Assembly (NCBI GenBank): GCA_965261085.1
Contig: OZ253442.1
Coordinates: 768,001-832,000 of the forward strand
Direction: 5' to 3'
Source: a bacterium
GTDB taxonomy: Bacteria > UBA8248
DNA length: 64,000 nucleotides
Below, one piece after another: positions 60,328-64,000 of the stretch; within the stretch, counting starts at the first letter, position 1, and every line of letters starts with the position of its first letter. Both the position numbers and the translations under genes were made by a program. The notes under the pieces are model-generated. The model ran no database searches and was not told the DNA's origin. It saw only the letters and a program-made list of their open reading frames with translations.

Positions 60328-61584
60328 ATGGCAACGAGATCGACGTATACCCGAAAGAGATGGTTCGACGTTTCACGTTCGGCGGCGATGTTGACGGTGG
60401 CGGTTTTCGCGCTCATCGCCGTCTTTGGTTCCCCCGTTTTCGCCGCGAAGAAAGCACCCATTAAAATCGGGGTGCTGTCGTTTCTGAGCGGAAAGCTCAA
60501 GCCCATCGGCGATGAGATCACCACGGGCATTCAGACGGCCGTGAAGATGCAAGGACCCGTCATGGGCCGGCCCATCGAGTTGATTCTCGAGGACAGCCTG
60601 GTCAACGCGCAGGTGGCGGTCACGAAGGCGACCAAGCTCGTCCAGAAGAACCGCGTCACGGCGATTCTGGGAGCCAGTACGCTCGAGGCGCTGGCGCTGC
60701 TGCCCGTGGCGAATCGTCTTCGCGTGCCGATCATCACCTCGAACAGCGGCTCGGCCGTCATCACGGGCAGCAAGTGCAACTACTGGGTGTTCCAGACGAA
60801 CCCGACTCCCCAGATGGCCGTCGCGGCGATGGACGCGCTCATCAACGATAACCCGAAGCTCAAGGCCGCGAAGTGGTTCACCCTGGGCCACGACTATCCC
60901 TGGAGCCGCCGGGTGGCGCGCTCGGTGAAGATCGTCAAGGGCGTGAAGTACGTCGGCGAGACATTCGCTCCGCTCAGCACCACGGACTGGGCGCCGTTCA
61001 TCGCCAAGGTCCGATCGGCGGGCGCGACGGCGGTGGTCATTCCCGTCACCCTGGGCACGCCGCTCTTGCAGTTCATCCAGCAGGCCAACGAGTTCGGCCT
61101 CACCAAAGAAGCGGTCCTGGTGGCGCCCATCGGCCTGCCGGACTGGCTCATCGCCAAGCTGGGCGCCTTGTCGACCCACATCGTCTCGGCGGGCGCGTGG
61201 AGCGCGTGGCGTCTTGAGGACACGGTGCCCACGACTAAAAAGTTCAACGAGCTTTATTACAAGATGCACGGCCGCGTAGCCGGGATGCAGGCCATCCAGG
61301 CGGGTACGGCGGCCCAGCTTCTGTTCAACGCCATCGAGAAGGCGGGTTCGACCGACGGCAAAGCCATCGTCGCCGCGCTCGAGAAACTCGACATGGAGGC
61401 TCCTGCGGGGCGGATGCGCTTCCAGAAGGACGGACGCATGGCGGAGGTGCCGATCATTCTGGGGAAAATCGAGAAGCTCAAGAAACCGAAGTACGGCGCC
61501 ATGTATGCGCAGTCGGTCACGGCGCTTCCGGCGTCCAGGACGCTTAAGCCGGCGAAGAAGCTCGGCTGTAATCTGAAGAAATAG
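60328..61584 (+). CDS. Branched-chain amino acid ABC substrate-binding protein (LivK-like)
   Basis: GGAGGA RBS, signal peptide, PIKIGVL, GRPIELILED, DYPW. Confidence 0.88.
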   Translation: MATRSTYTRKRWFDVSRSAAMLTVAVFALIAVFGSPVFAAKKAPIKIGVLSFLSGKLKPIGDEITTGIQTAVKMQGPVMGRPIELILEDSLVNAQVAVTKATKLVQKNRVTAILGASTLEALALLPVANRLRVPIITSNSGSAVITGSKCNYWVFQTNPTPQMAVAAMDALINDNPKLKAAKWFTLGHDYPWSRRVARSVKIVKGVKYVGETFAPLSTTDWAPFIAKVRSAGATAVVIPVTLGTPLLQFIQQANEFGLTKEAVLVAPIGLPDWLIAKLGALSTHIVSAGAWSAWRLEDTVPTTKKFNELYYKMHGRVAGMQAIQAGTAAQLLFNAIEKAGSTDGKAIVAALEKLDMEAPAGRMRFQKDGRMAEVPIILGKIEKLKKPKYGAMYAQSVTALPASRTLKPAKKLGCNLKK

Positions 61585-61592
61585 CCATTGGG

Positions 61593-62459
61593 ATGGATTG
61601 GAATTTCTTGTTCGTCAATTCGCTGAACGGGGTCGTCTACGGCTCATTCCTCGCGCTGACGAGTCTCGGCCTGAGCCTGGTGTTCGGCTTGGGCCGAGTC
61701 GTCAACTTCGCGCACGGGGTGTTGTACGCCCTGGGGGGTTATTTCTTCGTCATCTTCCTGCCCTCGCTGGGGTGGTGGGCGATGCTGTTCGCCCCGTTGA
61801 TCGTGGTGCCCCTCGCCATCGCGATGGAATGGCTGACCATTGCCCCCATCCGCCACCGCAACGAAATCTACACCCTGCTCGTGACGTTCGGTCTCTCCTT
61901 CATGGTCACGGGCGCGATTGAGTATCTCTGGGGCACCGAGACGACCCTGATCAAACCACCCGTCATCTTCCAGGGGACGGTGGACATCCTCGGCAATCAG
62001 TTTCCCGTGTACAGGCTCATCGCGGCGGGGCTCTCGCTCCTGGTGACGGGGCTGGTCTTCGCCTTCATCCAGTTCACGCCGATCGGGCTGCAAATTCGCG
62101 CCATCACGGATGACAACGAGATGGCCGAGGCGCTCGGCATCAATACGCGCTGGCTGCTCACGAGCATATTCGGGGGCGCGGCGGGGTTCGCGGCGTTCGC
62201 CGGCGCGCTCGGCGCTCCCATTTTCTCCGTCGATCCGGAAATGGGGACGGGCATCATCATCGACTCGTTCCTGGCGGTGATACTGGGCGGTCTCGGTCAT
62301 CTGCCCGGCACGGCCGTGGGGGCGTTCATCGTGGCGTTGGCGAAATCCATCGGCGGGGGCTACATCGCGGAGTGGGCCATCGCCGTCCTGTTCCTGGTCG
62401 TGGCCGCCATCATTGTTCTGCGGCCCAGGGGAGTGTTCGGTCGTGGCCGCATCGCCTGA
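61593..62459 (+). CDS. livH: Branched-chain ABC permease (LivH-like)
   Basis: GLSLVFG...VNFAHG, ILGGLG, LRPRG.FG. Confidence 0.88.
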   Translation: MDWNFLFVNSLNGVVYGSFLALTSLGLSLVFGLGRVVNFAHGVLYALGGYFFVIFLPSLGWWAMLFAPLIVVPLAIAMEWLTIAPIRHRNEIYTLLVTFGLSFMVTGAIEYLWGTETTLIKPPVIFQGTVDILGNQFPVYRLIAAGLSLLVTGLVFAFIQFTPIGLQIRAITDDNEMAEALGINTRWLLTSIFGGAAGFAAFAGALGAPIFSVDPEMGTGIIIDSFLAVILGGLGHLPGTAVGAFIVALAKSIGGGYIAEWAIAVLFLVVAAIIVLRPRGVFGRGRIA

Positions 62460-62511
62460 TGGGCAAAGCCGGGCGGACGATGTTCCGAGGAGGGATTCGC
62501 GCGAAGTCGCG

Positions 62512-63447
62512 ATGCGGGTTCTACTCGCCGGGTTCACGCTCTTGGCCCTGGCGGTTCCGTTCATGGACTTCAACCCGTTTTTCATCACCCTGTTAACCGA
62601 GGCCTTAATCTTCGGCATCTGGGCGATGAGCCTGGATTTGCTGGTGGGCTACACGGGCCTCGTCTCGTTCGGACACGCTGCTAGTTTCGGCTTAGCGACC
62701 TACGCCGCGGGGCTTTTCGCTCAGAACGTATCTGCGGACTTTCTCCTCTCGACCGTCGTGGCCATGCTCGCCGCGGCGGCGGTGGCGTTTCTCACCGGGC
62801 TGGTCGTGACGCGCCTCTCGGGAATCGCATTCGCCATACTCACCCTCTGCATCTGTCAGGTCCTGTTCCAGATATCCGTCGTGTGGCGTTCGTTTACCGG
62901 CGGGCTGGACGGCCTCATCGGCGTTCCGCTGCCGACGCTCTTTGGCCGAGAGGTGGAACCTGGAGATGAACTCTATTTCCTGACGGTCGCCACGCTCATC
63001 GTCACCTATCTTCTCCTGCGAAGGCTGGTGGAGTCTCCCTTCGGCAAAACCCTGCTGGCGATTCGCGCGAACGAGGACAGGGCGGCCGCCATCGGCATCG
63101 ACGTGAGGCGGCACAAGCTGGTGATTCTCATCCTCTCCTGGATGACGGGCGGCGTGGCGGGAACGCTCTTCGTCTTCTTGAAGGCGGGCGCGAACCCGAT
63201 GTCGTTCTACTGGTTCGAGTCGGGCAACATACTGGCCATCACGATTTTAGGCGGCATCGGAACCCTGTTCGGCCCGATCATCGGGGCGATAGGCTTTATA
63301 TTCATTCGCGATCAGGTCACGACGATGTACCGGGCGTGGCAGTTTTCCTTCGGACTCGCCTTTGTTCTCGCCGTGCTCTTTATGCCGTCGGGAATCGCGG
63401 GCATCGCCGAGAGGTTCTGGAGACGACTTTGGCCGGCGCGTTCGTAG
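62512..63447 (+). CDS. livM: Branched-chain ABC permease (LivM-like)
   Basis: GYTGLVSFGHA, SPFG...AIRANE, LGGIGTLFGP; start uncertain. Confidence 0.88.
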   Translation: MRVLLAGFTLLALAVPFMDFNPFFITLLTEALIFGIWAMSLDLLVGYTGLVSFGHAASFGLATYAAGLFAQNVSADFLLSTVVAMLAAAAVAFLTGLVVTRLSGIAFAILTLCICQVLFQISVVWRSFTGGLDGLIGVPLPTLFGREVEPGDELYFLTVATLIVTYLLLRRLVESPFGKTLLAIRANEDRAAAIGIDVRRHKLVILILSWMTGGVAGTLFVFLKAGANPMSFYWFESGNILAITILGGIGTLFGPIIGAIGFIFIRDQVTTMYRAWQFSFGLAFVLAVLFMPSGIAGIAERFWRRLWPARS

Positions 63448-64000
63448 TAGAGGGTCTCCACAAGTCCTTCGGCGCCCTGCGCGCCGTGAACGGCGTGTCC
63501 TTGGACGTCGAAGCCGGGCAGGTGCACTCGCTCATCGGTCCCAACGGCGCCGGCAAGACGACCTTGTTCAACTGCATCACCGGGTTTCTCCGCCCCGACG
63601 CCGGCAGGGTGCTTTTGAACGGGAACGACGTCACCCATCTGCCGTCCCACAAGCTGGTGAAGTCGGGAATCGTCCGCACGTTCCAGATCACCCAGGTTTT
63701 CGGCGAGTTGAGCGCCCGGGAGAACGTCGAACTCGCGGCGCGCTCTCGAGAGGGGCGGAACTTCGACTTCTTCCGCAAGGCGAGCTCGTGCCGGGAGGCC
63801 CGCGAGGACGCGGAGGAATCGTTGCGGGTGGTCGGGCTGCTCGAAAAGGCTCATCTCCGCCCGGAGGAACTAGGGCACGGGGACAAACGGGTGCTCGAAG
63901 TGGCGATCGGGCTTGCGCTCAAACCCGAAGTCTTGCTGCTCGATGAGCCGACGGCGGGCATGTCCCGAACGGAGACCGAGCGCATCGCCCGCCTGGTGCG
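63429..64000 (+). CDS. livG: Branched-chain ABC ATPase (LivG-like), truncated by window end
   Basis: Manual translation from TTG: KSFGALRAVNGVSL, GPNGAGKTT, RTFQ, LLLDEPTAGM. Confidence 0.88.
   Translation, partial: MAGAFVVEGLHKSFGALRAVNGVSLDVEAGQVHSLIGPNGAGKTTLFNCITGFLRPDAGRVLLNGNDVTHLPSHKLVKSGIVRTFQITQVFGELSARENVELAARSREGRNFDFFRKASSCREAREDAEESLRVVGLLEKAHLRPEELGHGDKRVLEVAIGLALKPEVLLLDEPTAGMSRTETERIARLV

Noticed and set aside
1-64000. tRNA, rRNA, integrase or prophage genes
   Set aside because: None recognised by eye; a tRNAscan/Infernal run is needed to exclude small RNAs

Overview
64 kb of a GC-rich bacterial chromosome. The gene content (pentapeptide protein, autotransporter, TbpB-like lipoproteins, four EamA transporters, dense REP/MITE repeats) suggests a host-associated marine lineage, but taxonomy cannot be established from the sequence alone. 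Housekeeping and metabolic genes (gatBA, diadenylate cyclase, degP, rimO, csaA, class IV aminotransferase, hydantoinase A/B, ctpA, a branched-chain ABC operon) are mixed with four IS1182-family copies, a MITE sharing their ends, an ATPase+DUF3226 putative defence pair, toxin-antitoxin modules and several pseudogene fragments. Best candidates for new biology: (1) a promoter-coupled structured RNA leader with covarying stems, present four times in a decaying tandem array of surface-lipoprotein genes at 31.7-36.4 kb; its N-terminal lipoprotein module also appears on a neighbouring hydrolase-autotransporter; (2) two selenoproteins split by the ORF caller at in-frame UGA codons (AhpD-like CxxU; PrdB/GrdB-like UxxC), each followed by a SECIS-like hairpin. 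All calls come from reading motifs by eye; no database searches were run. Several 1-nt frameshifts could be sequencing errors.
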